Position numbers and translations under genes: made by a program
Notes under the pieces: generated by a model
Seen by the model: the letters and a program-made list of their open reading frames with translations, nothing else
Database searches by the model: none
Told to the model about the DNA's origin: nothing
Shown here: positions 37,568 to 48,962 of the stretch, one piece after another
How the letters are laid out: every line of letters begins with the position of its first letter
Numbering within the stretch: the first letter of the stretch is position 1
Source of the DNA: Hydrolagus affinis
Taxonomy: Eukaryota
Assembly: GCA_012026655.1 (NCBI GenBank)
Contig: JAAILG010001122.1
Location: 1-64,000, forward strand
DNA length: 64,000 bases
Direction of reading: 5' to 3'

Positions 37568-39169
37568 AACAAATTCACCGAAACGGATCGAATGCGTCTA
37601 GTCAGATGGCGGAGTCACAGCCTTTCCAACTCGTTGGCGAGGAGGAGTCAAACATTCGCATCTTCTCAGTTTCAGACCTCAGCTTCAAAAGCTTTTGAAT
37701 CAATCACCACTGAAGGACAGAGCCACGATAATATATATATATATACATATATAATATATATGACATAAGAACCCAACGCAGGTACCGATCCACAGCTGTA
37801 TGTGAAGAGAGCGTTAACAAAGGAACTGTGATGTGTGTACCTGGATCTGCAACTCAAGGTGAACAAACCTACTTCCCGACGAAAATGGGAAGCGCGATCC
37901 CAACACAACGCAATCGACACTGACGTTAGACACTGAGGGACTTCTCAAAGTTGGAAACTCTCGCGCAAACTTTAACCAGTTTTTTTTTATTTTTTTATTC
38001 AGCGAATGACAACTGGTTTGCCTGTGACTGCTGCTAACCAGATAAATGTCAGGGAATTCAGCAGCCTTCGTGCTTATTCAGCTAATATTAAGATCTGTGA
38101 CTTGAGTTTTATTAAAAAAAAAGGATCTTTCATCAACAGAGAGCTGGCAGCCTGGCTTAGAACACATGTAATTAATTGACTATTTACTTGACACCTTCTT
38201 GCATTAGACTATAAAGCAAAGTACTCAAAGGACTAATAAAAGATAATCCCAAAAAACAGATCAATAAAACAGCAAAGAACAAGATGAATAAATGTGACTA
38301 TAAAACTTATTTTTTTTTCTTTCTTTTTTTCTCTCTCTCCAGGAACAAAATAGCAATCCCTTCATGTGCCGCTTGCAGGGGGGCTATTAATGTAGCCGTT
38401 CTGATATCCTCTGCCGATTTGATACCGAAGGAATGAAATGCTACTAGATGTCGGAATCCTGTATTTGAGCTTTTGCGAGACATTCAATCATAAAAGCAAA
38501 TGGTTCGGTGCATGTGACACTATCTATGATATGTAGAGAGGAATTAGCCGAGCTCGGCGATGCCTCAGAGTTTTATGCTTGTGCAGTCTTCGATTCTTCA
38601 CAAGTTATTACATTCCCAACAGCAGAGACTCGTGCGCCCGTACCATTTGTTAAATTGATTAAAATAATTAAGCAGTAATGTATGAAAATTGCAATCGATT
38701 CAGTGAGCTGAAAAAATTGAATCTTCTGTTCAGTTTAGCCTCTGAGTAATATTCTGCAGTTAAAGCATCTTTGATTGAAAAATCTCAGAATCAATATTAT
38801 GAGATTTCGCACATTAACTACTGTCCAAGGCACAGTAAATGTAACAGCTAAAAGCTTAAGGAATCACTGAACTAAATTAGCATTGGGAAACCAAAGGCAT
38901 TTCCAGCGTGTAGCAATCCAGATTAATGAGTCCTCATTGTTGGCGAAAAGTTAATCTCACTGACACAGAAGATATGTTTGTCTATTATTTAAGGCATAGC
39001 ACCTTGAAGGTAAATGTTATGATCCTATTTTTAATTAGAATTAAAAGTATAAGTTAGGTTGTCAATACCAAAATATGGGGATAGGTGAATGATATGAATC
39101 GAAAAATAGCATTCAGGGGAAATCCAGATTAATTAATGCAAGGTGAACCCTTATTGGAACAAAATGCAG

Positions 39170-39340
39170 TGAATGTAAACCAAACGAAAGAGGTAGTCCA
39201 TTAGTAAAAGTGGAGAAGGAGTAAGGATCGGGAGTGATCATCGATCATTCGCCGAGGCTTTCCGAGTCATTGTGAAGTCGCTTTCAACAAAGCTAACCGC
39301 ACGCTAGAGTTTTTAAACTATCAACCGTAGAACAAAGTAA
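39170..39340 (+). mobile_element. Degenerate CR1 reverse-transcriptase C-terminal fragment
   Basis: Broken frame reading GVIIDHS..HCEVAFNKANRTL, matching the CR1 EKDLGVxxDxxL..AxKKANRxLG motif. Confidence 0.7.
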
Positions 39341-39589
39341 GTTCATCTAACTCTGTGCAAAATGGGAGGCAGGGATCATTTGCACAGAACCTTTCCGCCC
39401 CCACCGCCCCCTCCTCCCAAGGGAATAGAATGGATGGGACGAATGCCCAACATTGGGGGAAAAAAAAATTGCACTTTTCTCCAAAGATGCTTTTAAGCTT
39501 TCTGTCTAGTGTTGCAATTTTGGGGGTGGGTCAGATCACATTAAGCTATCTAGACTTCTTCAGGCACGGTGTCAAGGTACAGTTTGGCT

Positions 39590-39730
39590 TCCAATTGGCT
39601 GCCGAGTTTTGCGCATATATATATATATATATATATATGTATAGTCAATTCACTTTACAGTACATTCTGTGAAGCGCTTTGAGACGTCTAGAAGACGAAA
39701 AAGCGCTATATCCAATGCAAGGTTTATTAT
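39590..39730 (+). mobile_element. SINE 3' fragment with (TA)n expansion
   Basis: CAATTGGCTGCC..(TA)n..GTCAATTCACTTTACAG..tail. Confidence 0.85.
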
Positions 39731-39983
39731 CCAGCCTTTTATAACAAATTCAGCATTTTCCCTTTCCATTGCTCTACATCAGGCACTCATTCTGTAGCTC
39801 GATCGAGTGTGTCTCTCTCTCTCTCTCGTGCCATTCTCAGGAGACGTACTCCTCCATAAGCCTCTGGATCTCGAATCAATGCCTAACTGTGATGTGGGAA
39901 TATTGACTGAGCTTGGGTTAGACACTGCTCCCTGTCCTTGCGTGCTCTCCTCCCATATAAGAGCTGTTAAGACCACAGAGCTG

Positions 39984-40018
39984 GAGAGAGAGAGAGAGTG
40001 AGAGAGAGAGAGAGAGAG
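39984..40018. repeat. (GA)n microsatellite
   Basis: Direct reading. Confidence 0.9.
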
Positions 40019-40179
40019 TGAATCCCACAAGTGAGACTACCCAGATTGAGTGAGAAAATCCCACGAAACCATCCCTGATCCGGGTTGAATCTGTGTTCAA
40101 GTGAGGGTTAACATTCCTCAACGGTGTGTTTTTTTTTCCTCTCTTGACGGAAATATTTTTAACTGTACGCATGCAGAGC

Positions 40180-40720
40180 TAGGAAATATGGCGATATTGG
40201 CAAGGTGTCAAAAAGAAACTTTATGGGCCAATGCAGCAAAATAAATCCAAATGATGCCATCGTAATGCCAAGCTAGATATTGGACCTGCATTGTGATTAT
40301 TCAGAGTTTTTATGCACATATTATCATATCATTCAGCTCGGGATTATTGACATACAGTTAAGTAGAAGTTGAAAATGACTGTTTAAATTTTCTGCAAATG
40401 AAATTATAGTCTATTTATCCTTTTGATCAATATAATGCAATCTAAATACATTTAATTTCAAATGATCTTTGCCATGCAATCCATCTTACAAATCTCACTG
40501 TTTTGCATGTACATCTCAATTCTGACAATCAATGTTTTAAGAAACATTTAACTGCCCGATAATTAAGTCTTGTCAAAAAGGACTTACAAAGCAATAATTG
40601 TGAATAGCATCATTACAATAATGTCCTTTCAAAACAATGAGCGGTTGAAGTCTGTGTGCCAAAAGTTCATTTCATATCATTTGTTTTCAAATGCAGTTTG
40701 AGTTAGTAGGAACAGATAAA
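40180..40720. promoter_or_regulatory. Putative conserved non-coding element
   Basis: Repeat-free, very AT-rich, CpG-poor high-complexity block with ACAAT (SOX-type) and TAAT cores. Confidence 0.3.
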
Positions 40721-40736
40721 GGATGAGAAAAATCTG

Positions 40737-40965
40737 ATAATAATAATAATCCATGCATTTTATATCGCGCTTTTCACATCTTATTGATGTCTCAAAGCGC
40801 TTCACAGAATATACTGTAAAGTAAATTGACTGTGTATTTGTGGGTGAAACCCGGCAGCCAATTTTTAGATTATTATTGTGTGTGAGTGTGTGGACGCGCG
40901 CGCATGCATATGTGTGAAGGAAGGAAACTTGCCCAAGGTTTCACCCTGATTTGCCTGGATTCCAA
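40737..40965 (-). mobile_element. SINE, internally deleted
   Basis: Tail, partial core and GGAAACTTGCCCAAGGTTTCACCCTGA. Confidence 0.9.
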
Positions 40966-42000
40966 CACAATCCCCCCCTCATTCCTACCCCACCCACCAT
41001 CGCATTTGATCCTGTCATTTTATAGGAGATGAGATTAAACCACCATCGACAGACACTTTGGCAAAGGTTTTGAAGTGCAAAGCACAGGATGTAGGGTGCA
41101 GGATAAAAGTGCATAATAGAGGTTACAATTGACTGTCTATTTTGTGGGCGAAACGCGGCAGCCGATTGCCACAAATTAACAAAGCAAATTTTATATTAAA
41201 AATCTTTTTTTTGTGTTGGGGGGGGGATGTGGGGGGAGAGGGCTGGGTGGGTGGGTGGTTGGATGGATGAACGGCTTGGGAACATAAATAATACTCTATG
41301 CTTTTTTCTTTTAAAAAAAAATATTTTTTTTAAGCATAAGCCTTTATTTGAAGATTGAACTTCTAAATGCAGTTCTGAACAGTTCAAATGCGTGTCTGTC
41401 TGGTGCACTACCTTTACACTGTGCGTTTGTAGTACATTTCCAATTTTAGTGATGAGAGAGTGAAATTTGGTTATGTTCTCTGCACAATCAAAAGGGTATG
41501 GCATCATCTGCTATCACACAGAAATCAGATTACAAGCACATATATATATATCCTTTGGGGATGTTTCTCCAACTCCCTCCCTTGCACAAACACACACGCA
41601 CACCCAGACACACACACACACAAGCATCATGACATGGCTGCCATCACAAGCCACAAGAAAGTAGAAGCCTCATCTTGTAGATAGTTCCTTCTTTTGGGTA
41701 TCAGTGAAATGCTAATGAATCGAATTTGGTCTTGGGAAAGGCCATCACACGCGTTTAAAAAGCAGCCACACTTCAAAGCAAAAGATCATTCAATGAAAGA
41801 AAATTCATTCTGACTACAGTAGTTTCTAGATTCAAACCCAACCACCCATCACTGTATGTATTTATAGAAAAGGAGTATATTGATAGTGTGGTCGCCAATG
41901 GTGGAGGCGAGCGGGCGAGGATGCAAGTGAGGCTGATGAACAAAGTGTGAATACAATCTATAGGTAGAATTTGCCACGAGCATTCATGTTAGTGAGTCAC

Positions 42001-42367
42001 GGAGCTCCTGTAGCTCAGTGGTCAGAGCACTCACATGCCTTACAAGCGTGAGACCTGTGTTCAAATCCAGGCAGGTCAGGGTGAAACCTTGGGCAAGTTT
42101 CCTTACTCACACGCACACGCACACACACACACACACACACAAACCTAATGATAATCCCTCCAAAAAAAAAAACAATAAAAATTGGTCATTTCAATCCATG
42201 ACTGTTTGTGGGGGGGATGCTGCTGTGCGCAATTGGCTGCCATGTTTCGCCCACAAATATCTAGACAGTCAATTCGCTTTATAGTATATTCTGTGTGAAG
42301 TGTTTTGAGACGTCCATAAGATTGAAAAGCCGCGATAACAAAAATGGAAGGATTATTATTGTTATTC
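42001..42367 (+). mobile_element. tRNA/Deu SINE, full length
   Basis: All modules present. Confidence 0.95.
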
Positions 42368-43074
42368 ATATAACATAACTTTTGCGGAAGTTAAATATAT
42401 ACTTTTTTTTAAAAAAACGTGCTTGAAAGGCGTGATGGCAAACGCAAGGATTATTGTCCGTCATGTACTGTATTTAGTCTAAAAATTAACCAACTATTCT
42501 GTGGCATTTTCTTTTGAGTGGTGACTATTTCATTCCAATTTCGAGTTAAGATGGCAATCGGCGAAGCCTAGTTTGGCCGCGCTTGTGTTAATTGTACGAA
42601 GGGTAGGGGGGGGGGGGGGTTGTGTTTCACATGACGGCATTACTCAGAGGGTCTTATCATGGTTTGTGCATCAGTGTTCTATAAGGGTAGGGTTATGCCA
42701 TTTCACAGATATATGACCACTGTTTATCAGAATCATAAATCTTGATGAGCACATAATACCGCGATATAATACTACTGACAAGATATTAGAGGATTCGGCA
42801 ATGAATGTGAGAGTTATTGGGCTTGCTGCTGTAAGTAGCTGTAATTTGAAAACCAGCATGCAATATATTACATTATAATTGCAACATTAAATTTGCAAAA
42901 TAAATACAGTTCGGGTTTTGTCTTAGCCATTTAAAAAATCTGATATGAATAGCTTTCACTTTCACCCAGGACAGCAGGGTTTAGCCATGCCACAGGGTAA
43001 TCTGGCCAAGTCCTGGGTTTGGAATTAAAGTGCCAGTAATATACCACCCTATGATAACAGACAGGGTTTTGCTC

Positions 43075-43241
43075 ACACATATACAGTCAATTCACTTTGC
43101 AGTATATACTGTGAAAGCGCTTTGAGACGCCTAGAAGACGTGGAAAGCGCTACCTCAAATGCAAGGATTATTATTATTTTATTAATAACAATCCTTGCAT
43201 TTGATATCGCACCTTAGCACGTCTCAAAGCGCTTCACAGAC
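43075..43241. mobile_element. Two SINE tails joined tail-to-tail (+ then -)
   Basis: TCAAATGCAAGGATTATTATTA..TAATAACAATCCTTGCATTTGA. Confidence 0.9.
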
Positions 43242-43242
43242 T

Positions 43243-43595
43243 ATAATCCTTGCATTTGATATACAGCCTTGAGATGCCTCAAAAGAGCTACACCAGAAAA
43301 TACTGTAAAGTGAATTGACCGTACATTTTGTGGGCGAAACGCAGCAGCCAATTTGCCACAACAGTGTCTCACAAATAAGTCGTGGATTGAGTGACCAAAC
43401 TATTATTATTTTTTATTGGGATTATTACTCCCGGAAAAGTGATCCGCTAATTGCCTAACAACAGGGCTCTTACTTACTGCCAGGTAAACAGAGTCTGGAA
43501 GGAAACTCGCCTAATGTTCCCCCCGCCCCCGGGAATCGAACTTAGGTCCTCTGGCTCGAGAGGTGAGCGCTTCGACCAATACGCTACAGCATCCC
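43243..43595 (-). mobile_element. Older, longer SINE subfamily, full length
   Basis: tRNA head (GTTCGATTCCC B box), extra segment CTCTGTTTACCTGGCAGTAAGTAAG..GGATCACTTTTCC, then shared core and tail. Confidence 0.8.
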
Positions 43596-44669
43596 CCGGA
43601 GTCAGAATAAGTATCTCTAATTCCTCCCTCCTCTCCACGGTTTGCGTTTGCAGCAGCAGAATTTTTTTTTTTCTTCCCGGAGGCCAAACTTGTTTGTTTT
43701 ACTGGCGGAGTCACTCTTCCGTGAATAACATCCATAAACGTTGAGCACGTAGCAGGGGCCTAGTTTACCACAGGCCGTGTCTTGCCTCGTCTGTCTGTTT
43801 GCGCGCGTCAAAAAAAAATAACCTCCAATGTGGTGGTAATGTACCTTTAAAGAATAGATATCCACATATTGAGTGAGCCTTTGTGGGTTAGTGGAACAGG
43901 GACCCGGATTTAATTCCCCGTAAGCAGAGATGTAATGATATCTCATCATTAAACGGCGGTGAATTAATATGAATTAGTAACGTGTTTCAGAGCAGTTCCA
44001 GATCGAAAAGCATTTGGTGCTTTATTGAGGAGGAGTGGCAGTCTTCCTTTTCACTACTAATATACTTCTCTATCTATAAAGTTACTACCAACGCAGCCAT
44101 CACCCAGGGACTTTTCATCAGGCTGTTAAAACAAAAATGAAACAATTAGGTGCAGCCAAGGGAAGCCAGAAAACGGCCAACAGGCAAAAAATCTCAGATG
44201 GTTTTTTTTCTTGTTTCTTCGCCTCTGGAGCTGCCCAATGGATTCCAGAGATCGCCAACTGATATTTGACCTTTAAACGTTTGGAGACCTCGAAGCTGAT
44301 ATGCTGTAATCATCAAAGTGTATTGTTTACATCGAACGAGAAACAAAAATCACCCCCACCCCTCCCTCCCTCCCACATTGGACACTGAAGTACTCAGTAA
44401 CCTGCTCAGTCAGTCAGTCAATAAGTAGCCACACACACTTGACCTCCTTGTAGGACTCTGAATACAACACCTTCCTTTTTTAAAAAAATACTGAACGACA
44501 TGGCTCCCCCCACTTTCATCTGCTTTTGTCGTTAGCTAAATGGAGCCTGGTAATTGAGTCTTTTGCCAATCGAGCCAATTGCTGAGCTCAGTCTGATACC
44601 CTCCACCGCCCTGAAATCATGAGCACTGAGAAGTGAGGTGAGCTCTGACGCAAAAAGCCCCTCGCGTTC

Positions 44670-45056
44670 CATTATGGCGCCTTTCACGTTGGAAAGACGC
44701 ACCTCAGAGCTCCGCACAGGACAGACTGTCGAGTGACCGTGTACTTATGTACTTGTAGGTAAACTCGGCAGCCGATTGGCTGCGAACAGCGATGTGCACT
44801 CCGAACAGCCGTGAACGATTTTAACCGGGAGAAATTATAACCCAGGATGCTGGGGGTAGGATCTTTAGTGTTCACCGAAACAGGGTAGATGGATGGGAGT
44901 TTGGTTTAACATCTCATATAACGGTGGAGAACAAGAAAACGTACCCGTAGAACTGTATTAAAGTGACTTTCAGTTCAAAATCCCAACACTGGGAGGGGGG
45001 GTGGGGGGGTGAAATTGAACCCACAAACTTTGTGAACCAGAGGCCAGAGAGCTCAA
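44670..45056 (-). mobile_element. Ancient Deu-domain SINE (SacSINE1/AmnSINE1-like)
   Basis: Ordered motifs GGCAGCCGATT, CCCAGGATGCTGGG, GGATCTTT, GGTTTAACATCTCAT, TTGAACCCACAAACTT..CAGAGGC follow the reversed Deu-SINE consensus as recalled. Confidence 0.65.
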
Positions 45057-45399
45057 AATATTTATTGTGGGCGTACATTAATACGAATAATATTGGTTAG
45101 TGGTCGGAACTTTATAATGGTTGTTCAATGGAGCCACCAGAAAACCGTCAACATACTCCTGTCTATCTTCTAAACCAACCGAAATCAATCACAATTCAAT
45201 TAAAACTTTACAAACCCGAGGCACGGACTGACTGTGATCAATTTATTGTAAACACAGCTCAACCCACATAAAATCAATTGTACTTAAAAACAATAATAAT
45301 AATTTTCTTGGGGGGAATCGTATTAAATTAGTACGGAAGGCAATGCGATGTGCTTTGAGAAATGCAAGTGTAGCATTCGCCTAATTTGAAACGCACTGG

Positions 45400-45600
45400 G
45401 GTTGGTGCAGTTTTCTCTTATCGGTGGCTGGCCCTGGAATCAAAATCCAGTCAAGATCGAAGGCACGAAAGTCCGTCCCCCTGAGCTGTCGGACATAAGA
45501 ATCCTATGATTTGGGACAGTCTCAACTGAATTCCGAGTGGGTGTTGTTTTGGCGTTGTAGCACAACAAGGCACTAATTTCTGCATTAAATCCCACCAATT
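45400..45600 (+). mobile_element. LF-SINE/AmnSINE2-like ancient SINE remnant
   Basis: AATCCAG..GAAAGTC..TAAGAATCCTATG..TTTGGGACAGTCTCAACTGAATTCCGAGTGGG..AGCACAA..GGCACTAATT follows the LF-SINE-type body as recalled. Confidence 0.5.
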
Positions 45601-45610
45601 GCACTTATTT

Positions 45611-45910
45611 GGAGCTCCTGCAGCTCAGTGGTTAGAGCAATCGCCTTACAAGAGTGAAGACCTGTGTTTGAATCCAGGCAGATGAGGGCAAAACCTTGGG
45701 CAAGTTTCCTTACTCCATACACACACGCCTAATAATAATCCCTCCAAAAAAAACACGATAATAATAATTGTTCATTTCAATCCACGACTGCTTGTGGGAC
45801 AATTATACAGTCAATTCACTTTACAGCATATTCTGTGAAGCGCTTTGAGACGTCGATAAAACGTGAAAAGCGACATAATCAAAATGCAAGGATTATTATA
45901 ATTATTATTT
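45611..45910 (+). mobile_element. tRNA/Deu SINE with part of the core deleted
   Basis: Head and tail intact; TGTGGGAC joined directly to AATTATACAGTC. Confidence 0.9.
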
Positions 45911-46638
45911 GCAAATGCAAGCGTGTAGGGGCCGAGGTAATAATGATAATATTTACGAGGGAACCGTGTTTATATTCCGTATCGAGAAGCATCACTCTGT
46001 TCAGAAAAAAACCTTTCTCTCAAAACGTGTCCACGTGATTTCTGTGAATTATATAAATCTCTCCTCTTAGAGGTTTTTACCCAGTACGCTAGCCGTTACC
46101 ATTTGTCTTTATAAATCTCCTGAAGGGCTCCGAGCAAAGCTATAGATTCTTCACAGAGGAATTTGGTTTTATTGACAGCAACATAAAACTTGCTCAAGGC
46201 ATTCCTGACAGATTCCTCTGAGCTCTGCCTGACTCAGAGGATCTGTGGAAAACCATTGCTCATCTACTACAGTACCCACAGCTCCTTCACTCTGTTCGTG
46301 TCGCGCCTGTTTTTGCAAAAAAAAACTTTTATTGAAACGTTTAACAAGTAAACCGAGCAATATATCGGCAACTCCAGGGCCCCCCCCGCGAGTTCATTCA
46401 TCAGATCCATACTACACGCTCACTCACGTATGAGGAAACGTTCAAGTTTTCTGTACATCAAATCCCATATAGCACACTGACACCGGGAGAGAAAATATAC
46501 CATCATATCCTATATTATCCATATACCATATTATATATACACACTATATATATATATATATCTACACACTGGTACCTAGAAAATGTAATGCACCAACAAA
46601 ACTACATCCCTCGAAACTCCATCTTGCCCCTTCTTCCC

Positions 46639-46725
46639 CAATCAATCAATCAATCAATCAATCCTTACATTTATATAGCGCCTTTCACATCGAGAGGACA
46701 TCCCAAGGCACTATACAGTCAGGTA
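46639..46725 (-). mobile_element. L2 3' tail with (TCAA)n
   Basis: (CAAT)n CCTTACATTTATATAGCGCCTTTCACATCGAGAGGACATCCCAAGGC. Confidence 0.8.
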
Positions 46726-46799
46726 GGGAAAAGACCAGGGGGTTGAGGGAGGGGCAGGATGAAGGAGAGTAGGAAAATTGACTGTCTATTTGTGGGCGA

Positions 46800-46950
46800 A
46801 ATCTTCAGATCGCGCCTGAAGACCTTCCTCTTCAACCGTGCCTAGGATCATAACCTTCCACCACCAAGGCTCAACTCTGTGGCTCAACTCTGTCAAGTCA
46901 GCGCTGCCCTGTGTGAGGGGCGCTGTATAAATACAATTTGTTTGTTGTAC
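46800..46950 (+). mobile_element. L2 ORF2 end and tail
   Basis: FRSRLKTFLFNRA then GCGCTGTATAAATACAATTTGTTTGTTG. Confidence 0.75.
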
Positions 46951-47392
46951 TAACACACCTTTACACAGACACTGGCAATAACAGTGTCTGTTCCAACTTA
47001 TACAGATCTATATGACACATTGGTGTCTGGGGCTTCAACTGTATCTATCAATTCGCGTAGAAATACTTTTGAAATTGGTCGCATTTATCAAGCTTTGCAC
47101 AGCACGGCTTTCTCCTTATGTGGTTCAAACCTGAATTTACTCACCCGTGGGTTGTGATGCTATTCAATCCACAAAACATAATGTGGATTATTCACTCCAT
47201 CCTTTAATGAGAGCTTTGCACCATTCAAATCCCTCTCTTTCGCATTCTCTCTCTCTCTAAATCTCTTGAATCACTCTTCCCAGAGTCCTTTTGTACTTGC
47301 CCCATACTTAATTGCCACTTGTGTTGTTAAAGCTAATATGCAACACACCACACTTAATTGTCACTTACATTGTTAAAGCTAATAAGGCAACA

Positions 47393-47665
47393 TGGGTTAG
47401 CAGATTAGAGCACTCGTATCGCTCGTGAGAGGACCCAGGTTCGATTCCTGTGTAGAGCAAAAACAATGGGCAAGTAACAAATAAGTTTCCTTGCTCCACA
47501 CACCTCTGGTTACCTAGCAGTAACTAGGAACCTGGTTGTTAGTCGATTGACAGATCGCTTTTCCATGGGTTAATAATCCCTTTAAAAATACATATATCAT
47601 TGTTTGTGGGACTCTGCTGTGCGCAATGAGCTCCCACGTTTCGCCCACAAAATATATTCACTTTA
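47393..47665 (+). mobile_element. Older, longer SINE subfamily
   Basis: GGTTCGATTCC B box, CTCTGGTTACCTAGCAGTAACTAGGAACC..GATCGCTTTTCC segment, core. Confidence 0.8.
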
Positions 47666-48639
47666 TCATTATTACTTGTGGGGAAGGAGACACAAACCAT
47701 TCCAGTTTGAGTTTCTCCGCAAAAAAAGCCCTCACTCCCTCCAGCTTTGAGACCTATTGTGGTGATAAAACCCTGTATAAAAACTTCCAAGTTCTATTCA
47801 TCCTCACCGCAGCAGGAAAGTTTGCGGCAGAGAATTTTTTTTTTGTAACCACAAAGTCTTTCCGTCATTTGATTGTTTGTTTGCAAAGTTTTCAGGAAAG
47901 GAAAGGAAAGGAAAGGAGGTTGGGTCCAACCTATCAATCCTATCCCAAACTGCCGGTCAGTCAAAGGTTCAAAGGATGTCCGTCCATCACCTGACGAGAA
48001 ACAAACGGGTTAATCCCATTGTTTTGTACCGGGCTGAATTCAGGAAACAATACGCTTTCTGTAAAAAAAACACACACACACACACACGAACACACACACA
48101 AGCGGCCTTAAGAAGCAAGTACACGGCCGTTTTATCATTGAAAAAGCACTAAGAATAACCAATGAATTGTTATATTGTTCTCTGGCAGCCCACACACTGT
48201 CCTGAATTCCTGTGTGTGGGACTGTTTCTGTTAAAGGCTGTGTGTTCTTGAGCGCTTCAAATCAGATGCATTAGATTCTTCACTGCCCACACTTCCAACT
48301 GCAGGAATTCTGAATTCGCTCACATTTATCTGGCGCATTTCATCTTGAAGTAAAAAAAACAGTTAAAGAAGCCATGAGAATATCTCATGAAGGAATGCCT
48401 GAATATCTGCCGCTAATTTTGTTTTATTGCCCCCTCGTGCTCCATGAATACTTTTGCAAATTTGGGTTTGTTAAAACATTGAATTATTATTTTTATTTTA
48501 TTTTTTATTATTATTCGACTCCAGTAACATATCAGCAGCCTTGCAGTCACATTATTGGGCAGAACTGTATTTACCTACAGATTTTCTAAACCTTCTTGAC
48601 TTCATAATGGGATGGATTCCAGCCTAGATCCTCTACTAC

Positions 48640-48856
48640 TACTACTAATAATAATAATAATCCCTTCATTTGATATAGCACACTATCGCGTCATTCAGAT
48701 GTCTCAAAGCACCTTGCAAATTATATTGGATTGACTTTATAAATTTGTGGGCAAAACGTAGCAGCCAATTACGCAACAGCAGTGTCCCGCAAACAGTCAT
48801 TCTTTTGAAGGGATTATTACCCCCTGGAAAGCGATCCACCAATTAACTAACAAGGG
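48640..48856 (-). mobile_element. Older, longer SINE subfamily, 5'-truncated
   Basis: Tail, core and GGGATTATTACCCCCTGGAAAGCGATCC..AACTAACAA. Confidence 0.75.
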
Positions 48857-48884
48857 CGCAAGATATAAGATCATTCAACAAAAA

Positions 48885-48962
48885 AACAACCAGAGGTGGA
48901 GAGGAGGAGAATTTTATTTACCCAGAGAGTTGTTACGGCCTGGAATGCAGTGCCTGAAAGAT
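48885..48962 (+). mobile_element. CR1 ORF2 end fragment
   Basis: Reads RRRILFTQRVVTAWNAVP. Confidence 0.8.

Noticed and set aside
46868-46893. 13-bp tandem duplication and similar short doublets (about 6614, 14485, 30868, 60854)
   Set aside because: Ordinary replication slippage products.
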